A DNA stretch of 58,813 nt, filler included. It is 3 parts of 3 records of this genome, joined end to end, with 100 filler letters (N's around TTAATTAATTAA, not from the genome) between each part and the next. Parts side by side here need not be neighbours in the genome. Positions count along the whole stretch, not along the records: positions 1 to 27,832 come from DRR378314_327; 2 more parts are not named here. One strand, 5' to 3'. The notes below the pieces were generated by a model. That model had not been told where the DNA came from, did not search any database, and saw only the letters and a program-made list of their open reading frames with translations. The stretch's first letter is position 1. Each line of letters starts with the position of its first letter. The position numbers and the translations under genes were made by a program. Below are positions 12,851-25,872 of this stretch, piece after piece.

Positions 12851-14277
12851 TTATGATACCCGCGATCGCGTCGCCAGGTAGTACATGAAAAAGAACACCA
12901 CGACAACAAATACCGCAAGCGCAAACATATGACTATTCCCCGAGTTCTTTACCATATGCTGCAGCTTTTGCATTGTGGTAGCCAATGAACCAGAGGCGCC
13001 ATCAAATTGCGAGCCCAGTCCTGCGATCCGCACGCATCACAAGAATGTTACAGAACCGTAAATCAGCAGATCCACGAACAGGGGCAAAAACAGGTGCACC
13101 GTTCATTCCTGGTAGATGGCAACCGCGGAACAAACACCGCCATGGCTCTGCGTTCCATTTCCGGGCCAACTTGCCGCCAAATCTTCAGCAGCCGCAGCTT
13201 GTCGCACAACACCAAGCCACCCGTACCCCCAAAAAACACCGGCATTTTACCCTCTACATACACTGTAGTAGCACCACTTGTTAAATTAATTGTAAAGTCG
13301 TGCACGGAGATACCGGGGCACACTGGAGCGGCAAGGGGATATTGATGCAAGGAGCTCCTGCAGCAGCTGCAGCAGGGCCCTGGGTGTTCTGCCTTGGGTG
13401 GGCGCAAGCGCAAGCGCGCACCGCACCGCCTCCAGCAAAACCAACATGGAGCACAAGTTCGCGCAACAGATTCGTACCATCTAAAAGACTGTTTTGACTT
13501 GATATTTCCTGCTCAATATCGTAAGAGATCCCCTGCGAGAAGGAAGCAAGCGGCATGCAAGCATGATAATCACGGAGCGCAAGAGTCCGTCGCGCACGGA
13601 AGAACGCGGCGACAGCACAGCGCAGCCGACGAGCGACTTAGCGGTCGCAGCAACAGCCTTCTCACGTCACAACACCTACAGAGGGAAATGTTCGCTACGC
13701 GATGAAAAAACGAAACGAAATTCAATTTTGATCATGTGCATACCGGATAATATATGCTTTGATGAAGAACACAGAGGCGAAGCAAAATAAATAATAACAA
13801 GAAAACTCCCAGACGTGCAGTGCAACGCACTGTCGAGTGCAACTGCAACACACCTTGAGGGCGGAAATCTTGTCCGAGAGGTGCCCAATGACCTGGTCAT
13901 TTTCGTCCTGCACACCAAAAAGGCACCCGCGAAGAAATTAGAAATTCTGTGGAGATGGCAAACATGACGGTAGCACACGAGAAGAAAGAGGAAAGGCCAC
14001 GACCGCTGCTCGTGAGAGCAGCCCGTTCACAAGCTCTCGCGAGTGCCGAATGGCGGCGCGCTGCGCGCGCGCGTGCACCGGCGTCGAGGTGCCGTCAAGC
14101 CTCCCCCCCCGCACTGTAGTTCGCTGGCGCCGTGTGAGACATTCACCGCTTCCATCTCGCAACGAGAAAGCATACTGCAAAGATACCAGCATCGCTGCAA
14201 AACGTACTTCGAGCATGTTGTCACGCAATGCTGCTGAAGAGCTTCCGCCGTTGGCACGCCCCCGGAACAACTCATCC
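12851..14277 (-). CDS. BET1: BET1-like Qc-SNARE, spliced. Exons 14277-14208, 13907-13854, 13532-13478, 13020-12851; first exon uncertain
   Basis: Joined exons give ..MLEDENDQVIGHLSDKISALKGISYDIEQEISSQNSLLDGLGSQFDGASGSLATTMQKL..FALAVFVVVVFFFMYYL: a SNARE coil with central Q and a C-terminal TM anchor. Intron phases are consistent. Confidence 0.88.
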
Positions 14278-15764
14278 CTGCAAGAGGGACAGCGCGAGCG
14301 CCAATTGCGTGTCAGCACACCCGCGCGGTCCAGCCGTCCTACGCATGGAGCAGATATGCGCTCCAGCGCCACCCATCGGCCGCCATATGCGCGCAAACAC
14401 TCAAACATACTCTCGAAACATCATACACGTCGAAGGAAGGCAAGGAAGAGAGCGCGTAATGCACGGGCTCATGGCGAGGCGAAAGCGAGGCTGCCACTTC
14501 TCGCGCGCACGCACCGGGTGCCCGAGGACGTCATCGCTACGTCCGCCTGTGGATATCTAACGTAACGCGACGACGCCATGCAAACAGACGCCAAGAATCC
14601 TTCCAATCACAAATAAATGACGCGCTTATTCTTTCCTGTGACGCCAACTTCTCAAGAGAACTGGAAACGTGAAAGACCGGATGCTGCGCGGTGGCTAGAG
14701 AGCGGTTGCAGCAGCGGCACGTGCGCAGGCTGTCCAAAGAGGAACAGGCTAGCGCATATCGCGAGGTAGTGCCGAGATCCATGTCCGGTGCGCGCAGAAG
14801 GAATCATGTGCAGACCTAGTATCCCAACTTGCGTACTGTGTTCGCGTTCGTGTGATCAGGAAATTGCAGGTGGGAAAGTGCTGCGGCAGAGCAGCCCTAT
14901 ATCGAAACCGACTTGCGCCTGGTGCGCTCGCGTGCCTTGTGCCCTGTTTCCCGCGCGCTCACGTGCGTCGACGCTCGCTCGCTCGCGGCAGCCGTCCCTC
15001 CTCGCTGCGGTGGTTTCCCTGCACGCGCAACCGCCGCGTATTCTGGCCCTCCGTTTCCGGAATCTTCCGCACCTCTCTACATATATAGCATGGTATGCAA
15101 AATTTTGTCGCATGTGAAAGTAAAAAAGAGAGCACGTCGCAAATTGTGCAGCTGTGCTTTCTGCACTGCGCGGACGCTGCAAGCTCGGTCGTGTGCGCCG
15201 GCGCGCCGGAGCGTTTTTCACGCGAGCGCTCAGAGGCGCTTTGGTGTCGAGCGCGGGTGCTTGCCGCAGCGGCTAGGCGAGGCCTCGGGCTAACTCGCTT
15301 TTCCAAGGACTGTAGCTCTCTCCGAAATTATTTTGCGCAGTGGTTCTTCGAGCGTGCTTGGAGCTGTCCTCCCCTTTGCGGCCGTGGTGCAGGCGGAGAG
15401 AACGCCGTGCGAGAACAGCGAGAGCAGCGAAGCACTCGGTGAATGCTGGGACGCAGCGTGCGAGCAGAGCACAGCAACGGGATAGAGAACGACAATCGAG
15501 GCGAAATCCCCAGCTTCTATCTGCACGGCACTGCCTATCGGTCGAACTTGCTTTCGTCTACTGTATAAATTATCCTTCTTCCGATAGAATGACGAGGGCG
15601 GGGTGTCTGTGCAAATAGCGCCGCGCCGCCCCGCCTTGGCTCGACTCCGGCTCCTCCCCGTTCCGCCTTTGCCTTGCTGGCCGCAGCTTGTACGCGCTCC
15701 CTGTGTATCCTTCTTTTCGCATCTCACCTTTCTCTGTTCGTCAATCTTTCCCAAATGCGGTTTC

Positions 15765-18700
15765 ATGTACGAATATTCCATAAAGAATGAATTGGCGAAG
15801 TTCCGTACAGGGCACTCGGATGTAATTCACGATGTCTGCTTCGACTTTTATGGCAAGCGTGTTGCAACCTGCAGTGCTGACCAACATATAAAGGTACGCG
15901 TCGCTTGTATTGATAGAGCTGGTCTTGGTTATGGCTGTAGCGACACGATGTTTCTTCTTTCTTTTCTATATGTCTTGCAAGCACTCACATTATCATGATG
16001 CATAGCGCTAACCGTCTGTGCACTTGCAATCGTATGAAATGGAACAGGTGTGGGACTGTAACGAAAAGAACGAGTGGACCTGCACGGCAAACTGGCAGGT
16101 ACGCGCTGTCGCATGCGTCTCATGGCCCGTTCGGCAACAACAGCAAGACGCTGCTGTTCGTGCTACCGGTGATCGTATGCGCATCTTAGCTGTATCAGAA
16201 CCGTCCATGTGCAATGACAAATGTACTTTTCGTAATGTATTCGATGTTCGCGCGCGCTTATTCGCAGGCGCATTCCGGCCCAGTGTGGCGCGTTCGCTGG
16301 GCCCATCCTGAATTTGGCAATGTGCTTGCGTCCTGCTCGGGGGACCGCACGGTTTGTATTTGGGAAGAGTCTTACGTGGACGCAGGTACGTGTTTCGAAC
16401 AACCCAGAGCGTACATGAGATGACCATCACCGCGTCATTTCGTGCACGTAAAGTAGTGTAGTCTATTCGCCGCGCGTAGTTCGCACGAACGTGGGCAAGG
16501 CGCTCGAACGTGCTAGCCCGTGGATGAACGCGCGTGCAGTGCCATCCTTGCTGCCCTTGACATAGCTTCCGCTTTCTCCTATATTACCGTGTTGATGCAA
16601 CTTGTCTCTTTCTTCCTCTGTAGGCGATAATGCTCCTGGTATCTCACGGAGTGTGGGCACAGCGAGTACATGGCACAAAATTGCCACGCTCGCCGATAGT
16701 CGGGCGAATGTGTGCGACGTTCGCGTACGTTCACGACGTATTCCTCCCAGCGCGCGCGATGTTCCTTCTCCCAAACAAAATCTTGCAAGGATGAAAGGAC
16801 AGTGCAGTGCATGGCTGATACGGCCTTGTTGCGTTACGTTCGTTTCGTAAAGGCACATAGATCTCTCCTCTGTGGATCGATTTGCTCAGTCTGCACAGCT
16901 CGCGCGTTCCACGAAGCGCCGCTTTCGGAAGCGTTCTCGCACACGGAGAGGTGCAAAGTCGTTGCCTTTCGCGTCTTTTCGACTCCTACTGTCGTGTGTG
17001 AGGAATTGCTCGTTCGTAGCCTCTTTTCGGCTATGTACGTTTCCAATGGCAGCTTTGTGCGCGGATTTCCCGCGGTCTTTTGTCCGCATAATGTCTCACC
17101 GCGACGCTTGACGTTGTGTCTGCGCCGCAATGTTGCGCCTGGGACTGTGGTTTCACCTGCTGACGCTGTCCAGTTTTCTCCGCGGGAGCGCGGTCTGCGT
17201 GTTGCTGTTTGCTCGGAAGACGGGCGCATTCGGCTTTACGAGGCGCCCGATGTGCTGAATCTCTCGCAATGGTGAGTTCGGCGCCGGGCCGCTTCCTGTA
17301 GCTGAAACCGAATCTTGCTCGATTGCGCCACCCATGGACACGTACTTTTTTGCCGCATCGTTGCCTATTTCTGGATCACAACCCAGTATTTTATCTTACG
17401 AGCAGCATTATTGTGTGCACTCGCGTATGTAGGACTGTCACGGACGATTTCGAGGCCTGCGTGGGAGGCTGCTCGTGTGTGGAGTGGAAGTCAAGCAAGG
17501 ACGATCCGATCGTCCTCGCAGTTGGCTGCCTGGACAACACGGTCAAGGTGTGTGATTCTACGGCGGTTACCAGAGCACGTGCGCATGTAGTTTTGCAAGT
17601 GTGCACTCTTTGTGATAACTGGAACAGGTGACGCGGTCACTACATTGTCTCTGCTCACATTGGCGGGCAGGACCACTCGTGTAGGCTTCGTCGTGGGCTA
17701 CGCGCTGCCTCGTCGCGAGCAACCGCTCGCCCTGCCGCTTGCAACGCACAGCACCTGAATTGCTGCTGCGCTCGCCCTAAGTGTCCCGAGGTTCCGCCTG
17801 TGTGGTGCGCGCTGGCAGCTATTCACATTCGATGCCTCGTACAGGCGCTGGACAGTATTGGAGGAGTATCGTTTACACAGTGGCATCATCCATGACGTCG
17901 CGTGGGCGCCCAATCTCGGTACGTGCGTGCGAGCTTGCGAAGCGCCGTCACAGCGTGGCGCCGGAGGGGATGCGCCAGCGCATCAGTGGGAGGGGGTGCG
18001 CTTGACTCGACCGCGGGCGCTCAACGTGCGGCGTGGAAAAAGGCGCGCTTTGCAGGGGACTTCTGATGTAAACGAATCATCCAGGCAGTGCCTGATAAAA
18101 AATTTTATCTCTGGTTCAGTCGCTCATGCGCCGCTGATGTATGTACTTGCATGCGGTCCGCGTTCGTGCTTGTCTGGCTTTCCATCGCCGGGGCTGGACG
18201 GGCTGCGCTCGCTCACCTGTGTTCGTGCCCGAAGGCCGCGATTACCATCTGCTGGCGAGTGCCGGGCGCGACAAAAAGATTTTTATTGTCAAGTTCAAGA
18301 CGGTTTCTGATGGCGACAAGCGCAAGGTGTGCATCGTGTACGAGCTACTGGCTGGGCTATGGAATCCGCATGGGAGTGCTGCTGTATCCCGCAAATATGT
18401 TTGCTCTGCTGAGCGGCTTGCGCATTGCCGGGCTCGCGCGGTGCTGCGCGTCTGTTCTCGCGCTTCCGGGCTCGTTACGCAGGTAACGAATTTGAATACG
18501 CAAGAACTTGCTGACCACAATGCGGAAGTATGGCGCGTCGAATGGAACATCACGGGGACAATTCTTGCCAGTAGTGGTGACGACAACATAGTTCGCCTGT
18601 GGAAATGCGACCTCTCTGGCGACTGGAGGTAACGCCCCGCGTGGCACGCGACTGCGCCGTCCAGGCACCCAGCACGCGTTGCTTCGCTGCACATTCTTTT

Positions 18701-18892
18701 TTTTGTTGGCCTATGCGCATGCGGACGAGAGGAGCGGCAGTGCGATGGCTCCGAAACGACGCGCGCCGAGAGTGGCGTGACAGAGGCGGACACCTGAAAC
18801 GCGCTGACGAGGGCTGGTGTTCCCGGGCTGGACCGTGTTTTGCGGCTCTGTAATGCAGAAAATCCTCCGAAATCCATAGCAGCACCTTGTGA
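15765..18892 (+). CDS. SEH1: Nucleoporin Seh1 (WD40). Exons 15765-15893, 16048-16098, 16268-16385, 16624-16724, 17174-17271, 17433-17547, 17819-17918, 18235-18326, 18483-18628, 18859-18892
   Basis: [91 protein letters not shown]. All exon lengths keep the frame. Confidence 0.93.
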
Positions 18893-19132
18893 GGCGCAGT
18901 CGCGCTCTGGCCGGTCGACATGTGGTGCAGGGCTTGATGCCGAAGGAACGGCCAAGTACCGCAGATGGAGGCGGATCGGCGTCACATGCGTGTATTCAAG
19001 AACACAGCGAAAGCGATGCTTCGCGAGTGCCGAGAGACACGGAAGAAGAGCGTGCGGCGAGCGCAGCTACCCAACCCGGTTGAGAAATACAACGTGCGAG
19101 CACGTCCTGTGCACGGCTTCGTCGGCACTGAT

Positions 19133-19535
19133 TTACTCGCGCTTCGGGATGGAGTCGCTGCCCATTCCGATGAGGCCCGTGAACAGCTCGAGACCTCCAA
19201 GGCCAGCGAGCCCGTACAGAGCGTAGTTGAACATCTTGTCCGACGGCATGCGAATGTGCATGCTGCGTAGACCGCGCGCACCCAAACGCATCAAGCACAA
19301 GTAAAAACGTCAGCGCCCAGCCAGACTTGCAGGGGTTGGCCAACGGCGCAGCGTTGGCACTCTGCCGCACGCACGCACGCAAGCAAGCATCTTGTGTCAC
19401 TGCAATATGTTGCGCCTTTTTATACAGCTGCGCGATAGAATTCCAAAGAAAGTAAACGTACTTCGTGCCAATCTTTTCCTGGATCGCGCGCTGCATGCGC
19501 TGCACGTTGTTCGGGGTGGCGAAGCGAGCAAGCAT
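19133..19535 (-). CDS. Cytochrome c oxidase subunit VIIa/Cox7-like small protein. Exons 19535-19462 and 19262-19133
   Basis: Spliced product MLARFATPNNVQRMQRAIQEKIGTNMHIRMPSDKMFNYALYGLAGLGGLELFTGLIGMGSDSIPKRE*. It has the N-x-V-x3-Q-x3-Q pattern followed by one TM helix, as in Cox7a. Donor AA|GTACGT, acceptor CAG|C. Confidence 0.7.
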
Positions 19536-21203
19536 CGTGGTAACAGGCAGTCCTGCAGCGCAAAAGGAGCGCGCGCGCACACACGAAAGCACAAGAAACC
19601 ATCGTGCAGAGAAACGTGAGTAGCCCACCCTTCGTCCTAGTGCGATGTGGGTATTCTTCCGCAAACACAGAGCTGCGAAAAACCTTTACCCTTGTGAAGG
19701 GAAATCACACATTGCTCCAGTACGGTGCAAATGAAGGAAAGTGAGCGCGAGGTGCCCAGAGAGCCCGCTCCACCCTCGTGAGCAACGGGCAGCGCAGCCG
19801 CAGCATGGAAACGCGCGCGCTGCGGGAATTGATGGCAAGAGTCTCCGCGTCGCGACCGCCGCCGAGTTCCTCGCGTGCACAGTTATACAGGTCACTTCAC
19901 CCTCGAACGGCACTACCGAGCAGAAATCAAACACCACGTACTTTCCTCGTTGACGTGCAATCAATGCAAGGCGACCGTGGAACGTGACCTGCGCTGCTCG
20001 CGAGAACGTTTGGGACAGACGCCTCGTTGCTGCTGCGCAGAGCGCACGGGCGGGCCGCCTGCTGCCGAGCACAAAGAGTGCAGCGGGGAAAGGCCCAAGC
20101 CGCCTCCGTGGCTTTGCACGGCCTATTTGCATGCTTGGAACGGTTGCAAACCACATCTAACCCTTGTTCGCCTCGCGTATATTGGGAGAGCATTGCCTAG
20201 CAAACCAATGGCGAAAACTACGGTCCGCGATGGACGATACGGGGCGGCTACCTACAGAGTGCGGCTGCTCGGCGCGCACAACGTCCTGCGGAGCGAAAGC
20301 GGCGAACATTCGCAGCCAGCGAGCTTGAGGCACGCCGCGGTTCGCCGGCACCATAGTGATCCTGCTCTTTCCTCACACACCGGCAGCGTGCAAGAGATAG
20401 CAACCCGAGATCATGCGACTTCGAGGAATTCATGGGTCTTACAAAACAATCGTAGGCTACCAAGAAGAGCACGCGCATCCCGTGCGTTCCAGCCGGGCGG
20501 GCAAGGTGGCCCCAAGACGCGCGAGCTCGCACAGCAGCGAGCGCGGTGCCCCTCCGTCGCAGGCCCACAGCCCGGTTGCGACTTCCCTCAGCCACGGGTA
20601 GACTGCTTCCAACGAGCCCAACCTCCGCGCCGCAAGAAAATAGAACAACTCCCACCACACCGCGCAGCGTGCTGTTCCTATTTCTGGGCGGAATATGCCA
20701 TGACGCGGAGCATGGGCATTGCGGGAGCGAAAAGGCGGAGAGGCGACAAGCGACGCAGCACAGACAGTACCTGCAGAGTGTGTCCGATGACGCGACGCAG
20801 CGATACCTTGCGGCGCTCAAGGTTGCCCAACGAGAGAGTTGACTTCAAAATCTGGCTCGAATTTGCGTATCTGCTGGAGTTTTGTTGTTTTTGCACCGAC
20901 GAGGGGGGAGCGATGAGTAACCCTACCTCTACCGAAGCAATTCTCGAATTCTATCATCGTTTTGCGATTCGACTGCACTGGCGCACAGAGATTTGGGTAG
21001 CACGGCCGCACTTGTGGACATCAGCATGATTGGCTCTTCAGGATTTCAACACCGAAGAAGGTCATTGCGCAATTTTCGGAGCGCGGAGGTCCGAACGAGC
21101 CTGTAGCCGGCGCTCGTGTACGCACATTGTCGGAACGGAGTTTCACACCGTGGAAGGTCACTGCTCTACAAAAGAGCAGAAAATCGATAGAATCCTGGGG
21201 ACT

Positions 21204-23301
21204 ATGTACCTCATCAAGTTGCGTACGGGCGCCTCCAAACCGATACCTCTCAAGAAAATGCTTCTTGCCGGGCTGTTCGTAGTGGGCGTGCTAACAATCT
21301 CCCACCTTGGGAACATCAGGCTGCCACTCCTTCCAGGAGGAGAGCCTCTCTGCGCGGTACGTTGTAGCGCTCGCGTTCGCCTGCAATACAGTGCACAATC
21401 CTTCCGTTCAATTTAACTTCTCCCTTCGCATAGTGTTCAGGGGGAACACGGAGAAAGGAGGCAAAGGCTTCGGGAGAGCAGAAAGCGGGCGCATTATTTT
21501 TTTTTTGTTTTCAATTCTGGCGCTTCAACCAGTGCAGCGCAGGAACCAGAACCCTCCTCAGGCCCGACGGTGCTGACCCGCTTGTGCCCTCTTTGCCTGT
21601 GCATCTGCGCGTATTTTTTTTTTTTCAGATAAAAGAGTCGCAGCAATGGCCGAATGCACCACTTCAGCATTTAGTTAGAATTCTGGTTAGAATGACAATT
21701 CCGGCAAAGGAAGTCGAGCTCCAGCACGCGAACACGTACTACTCGATTTTTCGCCTCGCCCAAGAGCGTTTCGACTCTGGAACGCAGATTCGCGCTCGCG
21801 TGCGTGAAGCCACGTCCCGCAGCGGGGAACGCGCGACTGCAAATTCGATTCCCGGCATGTCGATCAATATTTGCGGAAGGTAGAGAAATGATAACCAAAC
21901 TTATCGAGAGCATCGACCACAAGGTCGACAAACTGGTTCTTGTGGTAAGGAATAACTGTGCGCGTCTGCGAGCTACGGCGCCCAGCCATTTGCGGGCAAC
22001 GTACTTCGTGCTGCAAAAGGTGCCCTGTTCGGCGCCAGACAGCATCCTCTCTAGAGGGTCCTACAATAGAGCCGTCTCCGCCATCTACCTCGCTTTCATA
22101 CGCGGGAGCCCAGGGCGAGTTTAGTGTTTGTTTCCTCGTACTGATGAAAACGTTAGTTTTATTTCACTCGCGCCAGCGAGCGCGACAGCGGGCCATCTCG
22201 TGCTGACTCCGCGACGCGATCGCGCAAACGTGCGGTTGGAAACTGGCTTTGTGCTATGGTGAGCTGCAGCTACGAAAACCTCAAGGTTTAACCTCTACGC
22301 GCCGCACAGTCGATTTTCAACGCTGTTGGGAAACATCGTGTCCTCAAATTTGCATTTGATCCGCATAGATTCCGTGGAGCACTGCCCGCGCCTAACGTAC
22401 ACCTATTCCAACGCGGCTCTCATTGTTTACGTCGACTCTTTCTCGGCGGTGGACTGTTCGTGCTCATATATCCCTCGTGTAGGTGTCTCTCGTCGATTCG
22501 CCGACTGCTTCCGCTGTGTACGATTTTCTGAGACACAGAGAGATTAAACTCGCCTTTGCCTGCGAGGTACACGTGATCGTTTGCACAGAGCCGGCCGGTA
22601 TCGCGGAACGCTGGAATGAGGCGGTGAGGAGGTTTACAGAAAGCCCGTATTGGCTCTTTCCATCGGCGGATACTCAGTTTTTGGCGGGTGATCTCCGGCA
22701 AGCCGCGCACTTCATGGAGGGTGTTACCAACGGCAACGACTTTGTGAAAAGGTCTTTAGTGTACACGTACTCCCATGGATTCGTTTGCTTCGCCCTGACA
22801 AACGGCGTCGTGCAATTAGTGGGTTTGTTGGATGAAAATGTTTTCCCAGCGTATACAGAAGACCACGAGTACTTCCTCCGCCTCAAGGTTAGTGAGAAGC
22901 AAATGAAGCTTACGTGCGACGGGCATTGCTTTATGCGAAAGATGCAAAACGCAAAAGAGGAGTTGTTTCCGATCTTGCAAAATGGCAGACTCCTGCGCAA
23001 CGGAAAAACATCCACGTGATACGGCTGCATGAGCAGCGAGTACGGAGAATTCTACGTGCGTACCCCGCTCGGTAAATATCAAAAAGGCCTATTGGACAAT
23101 GTAAATAATGTTGACTACGTTTTGAAAAAATGGGGCTGCCTTGATCCTCGCAAAGAAATGGCAGGAAAGGAGAACGTTTGCCCGCATGAGCTTTTCAAAC
23201 ATCCCTTCAACGATTCCCGGATAGCACCATCCGATTGGACGCTGGACATCCAAAAGCGTTTGTGTATTATCCACGGACCGTGCCGTACAAAGAAAACGTA
23301 A
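21204..23301 (+). pseudogene. GT-A fold glycosyltransferase, LPG1/beta-galactofuranosyltransferase-like, with an apparent +1 frameshift (about 21868) and an in-frame TGA (23017-23019). Exons about 21204-21356, 21629-21944, 22483-23301
   Basis: N-terminal type II membrane anchor; motifs LIESIDHKVDKLVLV, ERWN, GLLDENVFPAYTEDHEY, YVLKKWG, FKHPFND..WTLD. Exon 2 is 316 nt (3n+1), and ORFs 22483-23019 and 23029-23301 share one frame. Confidence 0.6.
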
Positions 23302-24531
23302 GGTGTGCTCAATGTCACGCAGTCCAGCAACAGGGCACTTGGGGAAGAAGCGGTTGGTGTTGGCTTCTAACCCTCTCCAGCGGAGCTCTCCTTGGCATAG
23401 GTACTACGTCAGGCTCTGGTTACGCGTGCGCGTTGCACTGGCCGGAAGCGAACCGCAAAGCTCGTGCATTCACAACCTCCCAAAGCCCAGATTACGAGCG
23501 CGCTGCAGTATGGGAAACGAAAGAAAAAGAGACATCAATGAAACTTTTCCGAGGTGTATCGCTCTGGCGCAAAGATGTGGATTTCGGTGTGCCTCCAGAC
23601 GGCCGACTTGTGGCCACATTGAATCTTCGTCCTTCTTGGAGCGTTTGCGCCGCGACGGGTTCCTGTAGAAGTGAGCTTGATCTCGCTCTGTGATGAATGT
23701 ATGACTGAGCAACGATGTCACACATAGGTGTTGGGATCGAGACACCTGCCGTCGTGCTGTACTGCTGTGTGCTCGCTGCTACGGTACCAACGGGAAGCTC
23801 CAGGTGATCGCACTTCGTGCGGAGCGGTCCGACGCACCTTTGCTAGCGAAAACGCTGCAGCCGATGCACCATTGCGTGTGAAAGAAAGAGAAAAGAACAA
23901 GCCCGACTATAAAAAAATATCGACTATCACCACCAGCGACAACGATACATAGAGGCTGCACCCGCTGTCCCGCTTTAGCAGCTGTGGAAACAAGAGTACG
24001 GGCGCTGTGTGAAGGTGCGCACAGACACTCGCCAGCAGTGCAGCGTGGCATTCGGCTCCCGCGTGACGCCGGCGGCGTTTCTCTGCTGGCACCCCTTATC
24101 CAGATTTGGGCTCTGCAAGCTGCACGCAAAGCTTATCTCCGTACTCGTAGATGCAAGGTTCTTTAATTGTGCGACATTGTCACACAGCCTTGAGGGAAAA
24201 AGCCGGCGCGGAGGCGGCAGGGGGAAAATCTGCTAGCGCTCAAGCGACTACCGTGGCGCCGGTGGCGCTTCCCCGCCTGCACCCCTATGCGTCGATAATG
24301 CGCACTTTCCGCGCCGCCATCGCACACGCCAGCGAGCTGTACGACGAAGAGTACTGAGGCGCATTCATTACGGACCCATCAATCAGCGACAATGTCGCTG
24401 TCCACTGCGATCGCGTCCAACATGGTCGCCGGAGCGAACATATCGCTCCACAATAAGTCAACACCCAATCAGGGACGCCCGTCGCCCGCGCATACAAGCG
24501 CGCACCAAGAAACGTCACTCGCCACGAACAA

Positions 24532-25872
24532 TCACTCCGCATTCGGATCCTGCACAACGATCATCAGATAGTCATTATCTGCAGGGCCGCCCACAGATGC
24601 AGGAGTGATGAATGAAGCGTCAGTTTGGGATATCGGTGGGCCTGCCCAGGAAGGCCAGAAGCGCTGTGCGCGCACACGCGGCCGCGCGCTCGCCAGCAAG
24701 GACCCAGCGAACACGGGCCAGACAGGACGCAGCGCCGTCTCCAGGCGGAGCGCTCGCGCCGACGCTCCGGGGAGGTTCGCACAGATACATCGCTCTATGT
24801 CAACACGGGGCAGTCCAGCTATTCCATCCTCTTATCGCGATGTACGTACCTGGTGCGACCATAATCTCATGCTTCTTCGAGCGAATTCGCAAAAATGTCA
24901 TGTCATTTTGTGGGTCAAGGTCACGTACGACCGACCTCGCCTTGGTGGAAAGCTGCGACACCAGCGCTGCATACTGCACGGTTTGCGCGTTGTCAAACGT
25001 CGTTCTGTGGAGCAACAGAATCACGGCCAATACGGAATGCGCACACATCACGAGGAGCATTATGAAATCCTCCGGAAATTCTTTCTGCGAAAGGAGCGGA
25101 TGAAGGGCGCGAGCAGCGGCCTCGATCCACTTGGCGCGCCTTCGCACCGCAGAGAACAGGCGGGCAAGTGAAGCGCAGGTCCGCGCGCCCACTGCTGCTC
25201 GACACGAAGCAGCGGAGCACCTGAAACGAAACCTCGCGCGCGTTTCAAGAGCAAGCTCACAGGCGAACCAGAGCAAAAATTGGCGCTTGCACGCGCAAAC
25301 TTTGTACAAAATCAATCAATATACTGCTTCATCGAGAAATCGCCAGAGCGGAAACGAAATGGGCAATCCATGCTCAGCTCGGCGTACGGCGAAGACACCT
25401 CCGACCAACGGAGCGCAAAGCGCTCGACGTTGACGAACGCGAACGAAGAGCGCGCCCGACAAGGTGGCAGCGATTGGCGGCGCACGCCGAAGACTCCTGC
25501 CTTGTTGCCACAGTGTGCTTTTCGCGACACAAAGCATCGGAATGATATGAATGTATTTGCAGCATACCGAATCGGGATGCCATCGCTGTTGACAATGACG
25601 AAGCCAATGACGCCTTTGTGCGAGGATATGCGCTTCAGTGTTTCTTCGACCTCAGACTGTAAAAGTACGGCAGTGCAGCAGGCCAACGCACGCGCACCGC
25701 GTCGAGTTAAGCGCACAACGCGCCTTGCAAGCAGGGTATCTCCTGCGTCCTATTTCATTGACCGACACATATATCGCGTGCTGTGCGTTGAAAGCACATG
25801 GGCTTGGCTTAGGCGCAGCAGCGGCAAGCCCCGACGACTTGCGGCGCGCTCGCGCGCTGGCGGGCATACCAT
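24532..25872 (-). CDS. DYNLRB: Dynein light chain roadblock. Exons 25872-25870 (ATG only), 25656-25568, 25004-24850, 24578-24532
   Basis: [82 protein letters not shown] junctions in phase. Confidence 0.95.

Noticed and set aside
14278..15200. First exon of BET1 (ATG at 14346 with a 43-nt intron, or a phase-2 donor near 15073)
   Set aside because: Both options fit the phase and the sequence alone cannot decide, so the feature starts at the first secure exon.
20200..21100. Possible small plus-strand gene ending QYLQSVSDDATQRYLAALKVAQRES*
   Set aside because: No recognisable family and no supportable exon chain.
23017..23019. Selenocysteine or an alternative genetic code at the in-frame TGA
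   Set aside because: TGA ends Seh1 and roadblock in the same contig, the gene has a second lesion, and I could not identify a SECIS element.
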